Source: an uncultured Gemmatimonadaceae bacterium (GTDB lineage Bacteria > Gemmatimonadota > Gemmatimonadetes > Gemmatimonadales > Gemmatimonadaceae). Taken from it: a DNA stretch of 64,000 nucleotides. The stretch's first letter is position 1. Each line of letters begins with the position of its first letter. Shown here one piece after another: positions 53,482 through 63,038 of this stretch. The stretch is from positions 352,001 through 416,000 of the forward strand of contig CAWFQK010000002.1 of assembly GCA_963817955.1 (NCBI GenBank), written 5' to 3'. The position numbers and the translations under genes were made by a program. The notes under the pieces are model-generated. The model worked only from the letters and a program-made list of their open reading frames with translations, made no database searches and had not been told where the DNA came from.

Positions 53482-54773
53482 AGGTGCTGCTCGTCGGTGG
53501 CGGCGGCCGCGAACACGCGATCGCCTGGCGCCTGCGGCAGGATGACGATTCGACACAGATCTTCGCCGCGCCGGGGAATCCGGGCATCGCCGAGTTGGCG
53601 ACGTGCGTGCCGATCGGCGTGACTGACGTCGACGCGCTGCTGGCCTTCGCGCGCCAGGAGGCGGTGGACTGGACGCTCGTGGGGCCCGAAGCACCGCTGG
53701 CTGTCGGGATTGCCGATGCGTTTCATGCGGCCGGGTTGCCGATCTTCGGACCTACCCGGAACGCCGCCAGACTGGAAACGTCCAAGGCATTTTCGAAAAC
53801 TCTCATGGCAGACGCCGGCGTTCCCACGGCGCGTGCCGTCACCTGCCGCACGCTCCAGGAGGCGCGCGCCGCTCTGGATGCGTTCGGAGCACCGGTGGTG
53901 GTCAAAGCGTCTGGGCTCGCGGCCGGCAAAGGTGTGATCGTCTGTCCAACGATGGAGGAAGCGCGCCACGCCATCGCCTCCATGCTCGAGGACAACGTGT
54001 TCGGCGAAGCCGGCGCAACGATTCTCGTCGAAGAGTTCATGGAGGGCGAGGAGCTCTCGTTGTTCGTGCTCACGGACGGCGAACGGGTCGTCGCGCTGCC
54101 GGCCGCACAGGACCACAAACGGCTGCTCGACGCCGACCGTGGCCCCAATACAGGCGGAATGGGCGCGTATTGCCCCGTCTCTCTGGCGGTCGAGTCACCC
54201 GACCTCATTGGACACGCACTCGATCGGATCGCGGGTCCGACGCTCGAGGCGATGCGCGCTCGGGGGACTCCGTTCAAGGGCCTGCTGTATATCGGCCTGA
54301 TGCTCACGGACAGCGGTCCGAAAGTGGTGGAATTCAACTGCCGGTTTGGTGATCCTGAGACGGAAGCCGTTTTGCCTGCACTGTCGTCGGATCAGTCCGT
54401 GAGTGCCCTGATGTTCGCCATCGCGCGCGGGGATCGCCTTCCAGACATCAAGCCAATTGGCACGAGTCGCGCGGCGGTAACCACGGTCGTCGCGGCAGCC
54501 GGCTACCCGGAACGGCCGCGTGCCGGTGATCCGATCACTATGCCCAGTCCGCCAACCGACGTGCTGGTCTTCCACGCGAGCACGAAGTACGCGCCCGGCG
54601 GTGGACTCGTGACGTCCGGTGGGCGGGTCCTCGCCGTCACAGGGTTGGGAACGAGCCTGGAAGACGCACAACGGCGCAGCCAGGACTTCGCGGCGCGCGT
54701 CGAGTTCACGGGAAAGCAGTTCCGCAACGATATCGGGTGGCGTGAGTTGGCTCGACGTGCCGGAGCTACCTGA
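53478..54773 (+). CDS. purD: Phosphoribosylamine--glycine ligase
   Basis: GGGGREHA, GPEAPL, GLAAGKGV, QDHKR, GPNTGGMGAY, EFNCRFGDPE. Confidence 0.97.
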   Translation: MKVLLVGGGGREHAIAWRLRQDDDSTQIFAAPGNPGIAELATCVPIGVTDVDALLAFARQEAVDWTLVGPEAPLAVGIADAFHAAGLPIFGPTRNAARLETSKAFSKTLMADAGVPTARAVTCRTLQEARAALDAFGAPVVVKASGLAAGKGVIVCPTMEEARHAIASMLEDNVFGEAGATILVEEFMEGEELSLFVLTDGERVVALPAAQDHKRLLDADRGPNTGGMGAYCPVSLAVESPDLIGHALDRIAGPTLEAMRARGTPFKGLLYIGLMLTDSGPKVVEFNCRFGDPETEAVLPALSSDQSVSALMFAIARGDRLPDIKPIGTSRAAVTTVVAAAGYPERPRAGDPITMPSPPTDVLVFHASTKYAPGGGLVTSGGRVLAVTGLGTSLEDAQRRSQDFAARVEFTGKQFRNDIGWRELARRAGAT

Positions 54774-55584
54774 GACCGAGACGATCGCTCGCGATCTCGA
54801 TCGCGACGTAACCGGTGTCCGCATTGTCGGCGTGCGTGTCACCAAGGTCGACGTTCTTCGCGAGGTTAGCTCAGCCGAGTTGGCGCGGACCGTCTGCGGC
54901 GCCACGATCACACACTGCTGGCGCCGCGCTAAACTCGTCGTACTCGATTTGTCGACGGGTCATCGTATTGTCGTGCAGCCGCGGTTTACCGGCGCCCTGC
55001 TGATCGATTCGGGACAGCTGCCGGAGTCCGAGCTCCGCTACTCGACGCTCGCGTTCGCGTTGTCCGATGGTCGTACCCTGCACTACCGGGACATCCGCCG
55101 CCTCGGCACCGTGGCGCTCATGACACCGGAGCGATTCGCGGAATACATCGCTCCGCTCGGCATCGAACCACTTGACCGCGCATTTACCGCAGCGCATCTA
55201 TCGGTACTTCTTCGGGCGTCCCGCCAAACGATCAAAAAGGTGTTGATGGACCAGCGCATCCTGGCCGGCGTCGGCAATATCTACGCGAATGAGGCACTCT
55301 GGCGCGCCGGCATCGATCCGTCTCGATTGGCGGCGACGATCGCTCCCGACGATGTCGCCGCGCTTCGCGACGCTATCGTGGACGTCCTGACCGAATCGAT
55401 CGCGCTCCGCGGCACCAGTTTTCGGGACTACCGCGACGCGAGCGGTCGCAAAGGGGCTTTCTCGGAGCGGCTCGCCGTCTACGGCCACGCAGGCGATCCC
55501 TGCCCGCGCTGCGGCCATCGTTTGATCGGCACGCACGCGATCGACGGACGCATGACGGTGCTGTGTGCGCAGTGTCAAGAGTAA
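54757..55584 (+). CDS. mutM: Formamidopyrimidine-DNA glycosylase
   Basis: N-terminal PELPE, AGVGNIYANE, C-terminal CPRC...CAQCQ zinc finger. Confidence 0.95.
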   Translation: MPELPETETIARDLDRDVTGVRIVGVRVTKVDVLREVSSAELARTVCGATITHCWRRAKLVVLDLSTGHRIVVQPRFTGALLIDSGQLPESELRYSTLAFALSDGRTLHYRDIRRLGTVALMTPERFAEYIAPLGIEPLDRAFTAAHLSVLLRASRQTIKKVLMDQRILAGVGNIYANEALWRAGIDPSRLAATIAPDDVAALRDAIVDVLTESIALRGTSFRDYRDASGRKGAFSERLAVYGHAGDPCPRCGHRLIGTHAIDGRMTVLCAQCQE

Positions 55585-56696
55585 CCCGCATTCGCCCGCC
55601 GGCGTCTGACGAACAGCTCGCCGTGATGCGCGCGCATGTGCGCACCAACGCCACCGATCGCCCCGGCGTCTATCGGATGATCTCCGCGGACGGCGAGATC
55701 GTATACGTCGGAAAATCGAAGCAGTTGCGCTCACGCCTGCTGAGCTATTTCCGCTGTGCGTATCCCGAAGAAAAGGGCGCGCGCATCGTTCGCGAGGCGG
55801 AGCACATCGAGTGGGAGTACATGCCGAGCGAGTTCGCGGCGCTCCTCGAGGAGCTGCGGCTCATCAAGCGCTTTCGGCCGCGATTGAACGTGACCATGAA
55901 GCGTGACGGCAGGAATTATTGTTTCATCAAGTTGACCCGCGCGCCGGCGCCAAAGTTGGTGGTGGTGCGCGGACCCGGGCAAGATGATTCGGCCATCTAC
56001 TATGGTCCATTCATGGGCGCGATGGGCGTGAGTGAGGCTGTGCGCGAGCTGAACGACGTGCTCGGCCTTCGCGACTGCGCCACCGACCAGCGGATGTATT
56101 TTGCCGACCAGGCCGAACTGTTCACGAACTTTCCGCGAACGCCCGGCTGCATCCGGTTCGAGGTGAGGAAGTGTCTCGGTCCGTGCGTCGGCGGCTGCAC
56201 CGTGCGGGAGTACGACGATCGTCTGGCACTCGCGCGGGCATTTCTCGACGGCACGGATGACGGACCGATCGAGCAGCTTCGACACCAGATGGAATCGGCG
56301 AGCGGACGGCTCGAGTATGAGCGCGCCGCGGTGCTGCGCGACAAGTTGAAGCGCCTGGAATCGCTCCGCAGCCAGTTCGCGCGGCTTCGATTTGCGGTGG
56401 AGACGTTGTCGTTCGTCTACACCATTCCCGGGCACGAAGGAGACGATCGCGTCTATCTCATTCGGCGCGGCCGCGTGCGCGGCGAAACACCGCTGCCGAG
56501 GACGCCGGCCGAAGCAGCAACGCTGCTGCGGATGATCGCTGACGTGTTCACGCCCGTCGAGCACGACCGCAGCCAGATTCCGACCCACGAAATCGACGAG
56601 CTCCTGCTGCTGTCGTCCTGGTTCCGGCGATTCCCGAACGAGCTGGAACGCACGAGCGCGACCGGTGACATTGCTGCGCTGGCCGCAGCATCCTGA
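55572..56696 (+). CDS. UvrC N-terminal-like GIY-YIG nuclease with UVR motif (Cho-like, lacks UvrC C-terminal half)
   Basis: PGVYRM, VYVGKSKQLRSRLLSYF, YYGPF, CLGPC, LEYERAAVLRD. Start uncertain. Confidence 0.82.
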   Translation: MSRVTRIRPPASDEQLAVMRAHVRTNATDRPGVYRMISADGEIVYVGKSKQLRSRLLSYFRCAYPEEKGARIVREAEHIEWEYMPSEFAALLEELRLIKRFRPRLNVTMKRDGRNYCFIKLTRAPAPKLVVVRGPGQDDSAIYYGPFMGAMGVSEAVRELNDVLGLRDCATDQRMYFADQAELFTNFPRTPGCIRFEVRKCLGPCVGGCTVREYDDRLALARAFLDGTDDGPIEQLRHQMESASGRLEYERAAVLRDKLKRLESLRSQFARLRFAVETLSFVYTIPGHEGDDRVYLIRRGRVRGETPLPRTPAEAATLLRMIADVFTPVEHDRSQIPTHEIDELLLLSSWFRRFPNELERTSATGDIAALAAAS

Positions 56697-56802
56697 CGTC
56701 ACGACGGCCCAGGCCACACGCTGCGTGCCGATGCTTGGCGCGCCTTCTGCATTGACGGGTCACACGCACATCCGGCGCGCGAACGATTACCCGCGGGGGC
56801 AG

Positions 56803-57021
56803 ATGTCGATCTCCTGGCAGCCAACGACACTGATTCAGTGCATCAGCACGCGCCCGTGGCTCGTGTATCCGGGCTGCGATGCGCCCGGCGGCTGCCACGA
56901 CCTCACCCTCGGCAAGATCTACGAGGTGCTCGGCATCGAGGGGAAGGGCGCATTCTATCGCGTCGTGGACGACTCGGGCGACGACTACCTATATCCCGTG
57001 TCGCACTTCCGCGTCGTCTAG
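56803..57021 (+). CDS. Small hypothetical protein
   Basis: Protein-like C-terminus DLTLGKIYEVLG...YRVVDDSGDDYLYP with high-GC3 codon usage. Start uncertain. Confidence 0.6.
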   Translation: MSISWQPTTLIQCISTRPWLVYPGCDAPGGCHDLTLGKIYEVLGIEGKGAFYRVVDDSGDDYLYPVSHFRVV

Positions 57022-57032
57022 CGTCCCAAGCC

Positions 57033-57527
57033 TCAGATGGCCAGCTCTATCACCTCGATCGTGACGTCGCCGTCGGAGTCACGGATCGACATCCGTGCGA
57101 CACTCGGTCTGAGATCGAATCGGCGGGGTCCGGCGGCACCCGGATTCACGGTCCAGCGGCCGTCCGCCCGCGCGACGAGCGGCCGGTGGGTGTGTCCATA
57201 GACGATGATGTCGGCATCGTAACGAGCAAGGAGCTTGGCTGGCGTCGGACTTCCTACTTCATTCCCGTGGCTCACGTGAACGCGCACCCCCGCGATCTCA
57301 CGGTCGATCGCATCCGTAAGTCTCGGATTTCCCGGCACGTCGGTATTGCCGTACACCGCATAGACTGGCGCGATCAGTTCCAACTCGTCGAGAATCTGAT
57401 CGCCACCGACATCACCAGCGTGCAAGATCAACGCGACGCCGGCAAGCGCAGTGTGCACGTCTGGCCGCACGAGGCCATGGGTATCTGAAATCAGCCCGAC
57501 GACGTAGACGCCGCCGCTGTTGGTCAC
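57033..57527 (-). CDS. YfcE-like metallophosphoesterase
   Basis: SDTHG, HAGD, GNTD, SHG, GHTH, NPG. Confidence 0.92.
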   Translation of the reverse strand: MTNSGGVYVVGLISDTHGLVRPDVHTALAGVALILHAGDVGGDQILDELELIAPVYAVYGNTDVPGNPRLTDAIDREIAGVRVHVSHGNEVGSPTPAKLLARYDADIIVYGHTHRPLVARADGRWTVNPGAAGPRRFDLRPSVARMSIRDSDGDVTIEVIELAI

Positions 57528-58273
57528 CGCTTGGCGCCGCAGTGGATCGCGGCGACGCCGAGTGTGAGCGTGCGCCAGTTCACGTCGGTGAACCCGGCGC
57601 CGCGCATCCGTGCCGCCAGATCCTCCTCGATGGGGAAGTTCGCCACCGAGCGCGGCAGATAGGCGTAGGCCGTGCGATGCCCGCTGATCAGCGCGCCGAT
57701 CTGCGGCAGCAGATGATGAAAGTAGAGGTGGTATCCGGCACGAACGATTGCCGAACGTGGCGTGGTGAATTCGAGAATGACGAAGCGAGCGCCGGGCTCG
57801 AGTACGCGATACACCTCGCGCAGCCCACGGTCGAGATCGGCCACGTTGCGAATACCGAACGCCACGATTGCTCCCGACGCGCTGTTCGTCGCCAGCGGCA
57901 GATCGAGCGCATCAGCGACAACGGGCGTCACGACCGTAGCCGGGGACTTTCCCGCGCCGGCACGCAACATCGGTTCGGCAAAGTCGGCTCCAACGACCTG
58001 TCCGGCAAAGCCCGGACGCCGCGAGAGTTCGGCTGAGACGTCAAGCGTTCCGGCGCAGAGGTCCAGGTAGGTACCCCGCGGCGCTCGTTCCCAACGCATC
58101 GCGGCGATGGCTCGCCGTCGCCACCGCTTGTCGACGTTGAAGCTGAGGAGGTGATTTAAGAGGTCGTAACGCGGCGCGATCTGGGAGAAGATGCGCTGGA
58201 CGTACGCGCGCTTCGCATCGCCGCCGGCCGCCGCCGCCCGCGCCTCTGCTGATTCCAACTCACTGACAGACAT
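57524..58273 (-). CDS. ubiE: Ubiquinone/menaquinone biosynthesis C-methyltransferase (UbiE/MenG)
   Basis: IAPRYDLLNHLLSF, LDLCAGT, AFGIRNV, AYAYLPRSV. Confidence 0.92.
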   Translation of the reverse strand: MSVSELESAEARAAAAGGDAKRAYVQRIFSQIAPRYDLLNHLLSFNVDKRWRRRAIAAMRWERAPRGTYLDLCAGTLDVSAELSRRPGFAGQVVGADFAEPMLRAGAGKSPATVVTPVVADALDLPLATNSASGAIVAFGIRNVADLDRGLREVYRVLEPGARFVILEFTTPRSAIVRAGYHLYFHHLLPQIGALISGHRTAYAYLPRSVANFPIEEDLAARMRGAGFTDVNWRTLTLGVAAIHCGAKR

Positions 58274-58396
58274 TCATAAAGTTGCCGGTGGTGTGATGGC
58301 GAATCAAGCGGGCGGCGCTGGATTGGCGCGGCGTAGGCGCGTAGTTTGTGGGGACCGCGCGACGCGTCGCCACGACGCCCGCGCCCCACCGGCCCG

Positions 58397-59011
58397 ATGC
58401 CCCAAGCTCCAGCACTCGACCTCCTCAACCTACCGGATGCCGACGTCGTCGCGCTGGCCCAGAAAGGGCGCGACTCGGCGTTCCGTGAGTTGATTCGCCG
58501 CTACGAGCGACCAGTGTTCTCACTGATCTTTCGCATGGTGCGCGATCGCGAGCTCGCCGAGGATCTGGCGCAGGATACGTTCGTCAAAGTCCTGAACCAC
58601 ATTGACCGGTATCGGCCCGAATTCAAGTTCTCGAGCTGGCTGTTCAAGATCGGCAACAACGTGGCAATTGACCACCTGCGGCGACGACAACTCGAGACGG
58701 TCAGCATCGACGGCTCGCCGCACGCTCAGTCGGCGGAGGCCATCGAGGCGACCTCGTTCGACGTGGCCGTCGAGCAGGAGTCGGCACTCGAGGAAATCGA
58801 AGCGCGGGAACTTGGCACCGCCATCGAACGGGCGATTGCCACGCTCCGGCCAGAATATCGATCCTGCATCCTGCTCCGGCACGTCGAAGACCGGTCGTAC
58901 GAGGAGATCGCGGCCACACTCGACCTGCCACTCGGTACTGTGAAGACGTATATCCATCGCGCCCGGCACGCACTACGCGAGGCACTGGAACACGTGCGAG
59001 AGGGTGGATAG
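58397..59011 (+). CDS. ECF RNA polymerase sigma factor (SigW-like)
   Basis: AEDLAQDTFVK, FSSWLFKI, SYEEIA..LDLPLGTVKTYIHRAR. Confidence 0.92.
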   Translation: MPQAPALDLLNLPDADVVALAQKGRDSAFRELIRRYERPVFSLIFRMVRDRELAEDLAQDTFVKVLNHIDRYRPEFKFSSWLFKIGNNVAIDHLRRRQLETVSIDGSPHAQSAEAIEATSFDVAVEQESALEEIEARELGTAIERAIATLRPEYRSCILLRHVEDRSYEEIAATLDLPLGTVKTYIHRARHALREALEHVREGG

Positions 59012-59046
59012 CTCGACTGCCTCCCCTCCCACTGACCGCTTTCTAC

Positions 59047-59073
59047 TGAAACCATCGTCCAATTCCCTCCGTA
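59047..59073 (+). promoter_or_regulatory. Candidate ECF promoter TGAAAC-N17-CGTA
   Basis: Close to SigW-type TGAAAC-N16-CGTA; lies between sigma and anti-sigma genes. Confidence 0.55.
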
Positions 59074-59091
59074 AGTCCTTCCGGAGACTTC

Positions 59092-59682
59092 ATGACTCAC
59101 AGGCACCTGCTTCCAGACGAGATCGACCTACTCCTCGATGACGAGGTAGGCTTTGAGGTTAGCCCCTTGAAAGCCCATATCCGCGATTGCGCGCATTGCC
59201 GAGCCCTGGTTGATGAAGCGCGCTCCGTCGTCGACCAGCTGGAGGACATTCCTCACTTCGCGCCGACACACTCGTTCGCTGACCGCGTGATGAGCCAGGT
59301 GCCCGTGTTTGTGCCCTGGCACGTCGCGGCCCGCGAATCCGTCGCACAGTGGCTTCCCCAGTCGCGTCCGGCACGTCTTGCGATCGCGACCACGGTCGCG
59401 ACGGTCGGATCGGTTCTGACCGCCGTGATTCTCTGGGTGGCTACCCAGACCGACGTGCTCCAACTCGCCGGCGGTGCCGCCGGCGACCGCATACGTGGGT
59501 TGGTCTTGGAAGCTGGTCGCGCCGTGCTGACCGGGGTATTCGGTGACCAGATGTTTGCGGTCATTCAACGTGCCGGATCCATCGGAACAGCCACAGCGGT
59601 CCTTGGCCTCGCCGGCGCTGCCGGTGGGTCAATTGTCGGACTCAGGGCTCTCGCAGGCGTCTCCAGCCGACGTCGAGCCTAG
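59092..59682 (+). CDS. Putative zinc-binding membrane anti-sigma factor
   Basis: HIRDCAHC (HxxxCxxC ZAS motif), hydrophobic C-terminal helices, adjacent to ECF sigma. Confidence 0.78.
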   Translation: MTHRHLLPDEIDLLLDDEVGFEVSPLKAHIRDCAHCRALVDEARSVVDQLEDIPHFAPTHSFADRVMSQVPVFVPWHVAARESVAQWLPQSRPARLAIATTVATVGSVLTAVILWVATQTDVLQLAGGAAGDRIRGLVLEAGRAVLTGVFGDQMFAVIQRAGSIGTATAVLGLAGAAGGSIVGLRALAGVSSRRRA

Positions 59683-59687
59683 CCATC

Positions 59688-60761
59688 ATGCGCGTTCTAC
59701 TCGTTTTCGCCATGCTGGCCCTCGGCAGCTTCGGGGCGCCAGCGCAAACGCCTGTAGCAGCGGATACATCGGCGACGCATCTCGCTCAGGAGATCTCGCA
59801 GCGGCGCGCCGTCGGTGATACCTATTTGCCCGACGCCGATCACTTCACGTTCGGCAGCCGGTCCATCCCCGCTAACACGACGGTGGACGGACCGATTGCC
59901 GTCGCACGCGGCAATCTCGACGTCTATGGCACCGTGAACGGCGACGTCGTTTCGCTCGACGGCGACGTCCGTGTCCACAGAGGCGCGCGCGTTACGGGCG
60001 ACGCCTGGGCCGCCGGCGGATCCGTCATCATCGATGGCGGAATCGTTGAAGGACAGAAGCGCGTTCTCGCTACTTCCCGCCCCACGCTTCCTGCCTCGCG
60101 ACCGAGCCAGCCCCTTGGCACCTGGGACTCGATCGAGCTCGTGCTCGGCTGGCTGGCATTGCTGACGATTATCGGGCTTGGCGTCATGGTCTTCGCCGAA
60201 GCGAATCTCGACGGCGTCGTGATCGCGCTCGAGCGCGGATTCGCGCGCGCGTTCTGGATTGGCGTGGCCGGCGAGCTCGTGATGTTGCCGGCGCTCCTGG
60301 TGCTCGTAGTCGCGTTGGCGATCACCGTGCTAGGCGTTCTGCTCATCCCGTTTGCGATTGTCTCGTATGTCATCGCGGCTGCGGGGCTCGTGACACTTGG
60401 TTTCCTTGCCGTAGCGCGGCTCACCGGTGGCGCACTCGCGTCATCGCACGGCGCGACCTCCGCTCGCGGCGTACACCTGCGCGGACTGATCATTGGTCTC
60501 GTTGTCTACCTTGGCATCTGGATGGTCGCCGCGCTGTTCGCATGGAGTCCCACGGTAGGCGCCGTACTCCGTGCTGTTGCCATCGCACTGACGTGGGTGG
60601 CCGCGACAGTCGGCCTTGGTGCCGCACTGGCGTCACGCGCCGGCACCCAGCGGGCCGGCGCTGGATCGAAGCCTAAGGCGACAGACGAATACTCGTGGCA
60701 GACACCTACGCCCGTGGCCGGCGTGGCCGCGGCAACGCGGAAAGTGAGTGTTGGGCGCTAG
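59688..60761 (+). CDS. Membrane protein with bactofilin-like (polymer-forming) beta-helix repeats
   Basis: Signal peptide, VDGPIAVARGNLDVYGTVNGDVVSLDGDV..VTGDA repeats, several TM helices. Confidence 0.75.
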   Translation: MRVLLVFAMLALGSFGAPAQTPVAADTSATHLAQEISQRRAVGDTYLPDADHFTFGSRSIPANTTVDGPIAVARGNLDVYGTVNGDVVSLDGDVRVHRGARVTGDAWAAGGSVIIDGGIVEGQKRVLATSRPTLPASRPSQPLGTWDSIELVLGWLALLTIIGLGVMVFAEANLDGVVIALERGFARAFWIGVAGELVMLPALLVLVVALAITVLGVLLIPFAIVSYVIAAAGLVTLGFLAVARLTGGALASSHGATSARGVHLRGLIIGLVVYLGIWMVAALFAWSPTVGAVLRAVAIALTWVAATVGLGAALASRAGTQRAGAGSKPKATDEYSWQTPTPVAGVAAATRKVSVGR

Positions 60762-60762
60762 C

Positions 60763-60847
60763 GGGACACGGTCCTGGGACACGGGACACGGGACACGGGA
60801 CACGAGAAACTCACAACGCATAACTCACAACTGGAAACTCGAAACTC
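60763..60847. repeat. Heptamer tandem repeats (GGGACAC then AACTCAC-like)
   Basis: gggacac x5 followed by aactcac/aacgcat/aactgga/aactcga units. Confidence 0.75.
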
Positions 60848-61520
60848 GCCGACCGGCGGGCCGAGCGCTACGGAGCAGCCAGCGACATCCAACCGGTAAA
60901 CACCCGGAGTCCAATCCACGTTCCTCGGCGTTCCTCTGCGCACTCCGCGGTAAACAGGTTTTCTACCGCTTATGCCTTGAGTTCCCGGTGGTGCAGTCCG
61001 CAGCGCAGCAACGGCAATCCGCCTATTTGGCAGTAATATTGGCGTGGATTTGCCCGTAGGGTCGCTGATGACGCCCGTGGGGTCGCTGATCGTCTCCGTG
61101 GGCGAGGTGAAGGCGCCTGTGGCCCGCCTGATCGTGCCTGGTATGTCGCTGATCGTCTCCGTGAGGCGCCTGATCGGCGAAAGTGCCCGCCGAATCGGGC
61201 CCGTGGACCAGCTGATCGTGCCCGTGGCCCGCCTGGTCTGACCCGTGTCCCGCCTGATCGTGCCCGTGGCCCGCCTGATCGCCTCCGGTATCCGCCGAAT
61301 CGGCAGAGGGATGCGCCTGATCGGGGTGATCGAGCAGGTGATCGCATGCGTAGACCGGGTGAACGTACCGGTAGAGCAGGTGACCGCACGTATAGAGCAG
61401 GCGAACGTACCGATGGACCAGGTGAACGTTCGGCTAGACCACCTGAAACGCCGCGTAAAGCAACATGCCTGCCGGATGGCAGGCCTGTTCCACTTGCTAC
61501 ACCAACTGTTCATTGGTCTA
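60803..61520. repeat. Intergenic module copy A (contains the 21-nt array)
   Basis: 60803-60950 and 61478-61520 align by eye with 61949-62084 and 62145-62187. Confidence 0.8.
61060..61458. repeat. 19 x 21-nt degenerate tandem array (consensus ~CCCGCCTGATCGTGCCCGTGG)
   Basis: Exact 21-nt period with no indels. Minus strand is an open frame of heptads (TIRRATG), ORF 60758-61525. Confidence 0.88.
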
Positions 61521-61579
61521 GGCAACGGAATCCGGCAGTCGAGGAAGTCCGTCCGCCGACCTGCCGTCGTACCGCAAGG

Positions 61580-61891
61580 TCAGGCACTGGTGCGCAACAC
61601 CACCGGCGTGCCTCGCGCAATGCCTAACGCGTTCGCGGCGTTTCCGTCGCGCACTGCGATTTCGACAAAGCCGCTGGATCCGACCACGGCGACCGGTGCA
61701 CCCGACGGCACATCCGCGTAGATCTTTCGGATCGGAATACCGCGCGACGAAACGTCAACGATGCCACCGCGCAAGGCAATGAGATTCGTGATCGCGTTGC
61801 CGAAGCGATCCACGAGAATCACTTCACCAGCCATTGAGCCGTCGGCGCAGCGCCGCGGTTCTGGTGTCCGACGAACGAACGTAAGGCTGCC
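61580..61891 (-). pseudogene. C-terminal remnant of DUF62 SAM hydroxide adenosyltransferase / halogenase family gene
   Basis: GEVILVDRFGNAITN, YADVPSG, GSSGFVEIAVRDGNAA. In-frame stop just upstream; no N-terminal domain. Confidence 0.75.
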
Positions 61892-61898
61892 TCACCAA

Positions 61899-61946
61899 GC
61901 TCACCTATCAGCCCGGTTTGTGGCTCACCTATCAGACCGGTTTGTA
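61899..61946. repeat. 2 x 24-nt tandem direct repeat GCTCACCTATCAG(C/A)CCGGTTTGT
   Basis: Seen directly at the DUF62 truncation point. Confidence 0.85.
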
Positions 61947-61948
61947 CC

Positions 61949-62187
61949 CGAGAAACTCACAACGCACAACTCACAACTGGAAACTCGAAACTCGCCGACC
62001 GGTACGGAGCAGCCAGCGACATCCCGCCGGTTAAGCCACGGAGCCCAATCCCCGATCCTCGGCGTTCCTCTGCGCAGTCCGCGGAGGGATGCTCTTCGGT
62101 AACCAGCCTTTCTCCTGGCAGCAGCGGCAGTCCGCCGACCTGAGGGCAGACCTGTTCCACTTGCTACATCAACTGTTCGTTCGTCTA
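61949..62187. repeat. Intergenic module copy B (lacks the 21-nt array)
   Basis: Diverged copy of 60803-61520. Confidence 0.8.
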
Positions 62188-63017
62188 ACAGACTGTTGAA
62201 CTACGAGTGAACGCGAGCATGATCGACCCGCGGCGGCGGACGCCTGGAATTCGAACTGACACGGCCCGATCCGCCGTGGAGCCGAGCCCAGATGGCGGAA
62301 ACGGCGGAGGAAGAGCCCGAGGTTCGAGACGGGATCCGGAATCGCGGTGCGAATCCCGACGGCCTGCCACGTGACCAGCGCCTCGACCTTGCACTAGCCC
62401 AAGTCCACGATGGCGCCGGTCTCCAGATCGACTACGTGCTCCGGCTTGTACAGCATCCGCGTCGCGCCCTTCTTGTCGAGGCCCACCTTGGCGTCGGGAT
62501 CATGCGGGTTCTGCCAGTCTTTGTTCGACGTCTTTCGGCCCGTCCGCTTGCGATCGAACGTGCTCACCGCGCACGGATCGCAAGCGGATCGCTCGTTTCG
62601 ACGCTTGCCTGCTTCGCCAGCCGCTTCACGTACTGCCGGTACTGCTCGCCCCGTCAGCCGATGCGTGAGTGACTTGAGTGACTTGAGCCAGGCATCCGCC
62701 TCGAGCACCGAGGTGTCGATACCGAGGTGTTTGCCCCGGAGGAATTTCCTCTCGTGCAACGCCGCGACGACCAGACCAAAGACCTGATCGTAGACGTCGA
62801 GGGCGAGCCGTTGCCGGATCACAGTGAAGCTCGAGTGATCGGGCGTTTTCTCGGTCAGCTCGTAGTGGAGAAAGGCGCAGATCGACAGCGAATCGGGCGC
62901 ACCGCGCCGCAATGGCGCGCTCGCTGGCGAGGTTCTCGAAGAAGCCCACGATGAGCATCTTGAAGTAGACTCCCGGATCGAATCCGGGGCGGCCGCCCTG
63001 CCGGGCCGCCATGTCAT
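62185..63017 (-). mobile_element. Degenerate IS1182-like transposase remnant (frameshifts, stop, internal deletion)
   Basis: GRPGFDPGVYFKML..FFENLASERAIA, TPDHSS, GIDTSVLEA, PHDPDAKV, YKPEHVVDLETGAIV spread over several frames. C-terminal SSTVC* coincides with end-like CAGACTGTTGAA at 62189. Confidence 0.78.
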
Positions 63018-63038
63018 AACTGCTTGTATTGTGGGCAG

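Noticed and set aside
61060..61458. CRISPR array
   Set aside because: Contiguous degenerate 21-nt units without unique spacers, and no cas genes in the window.
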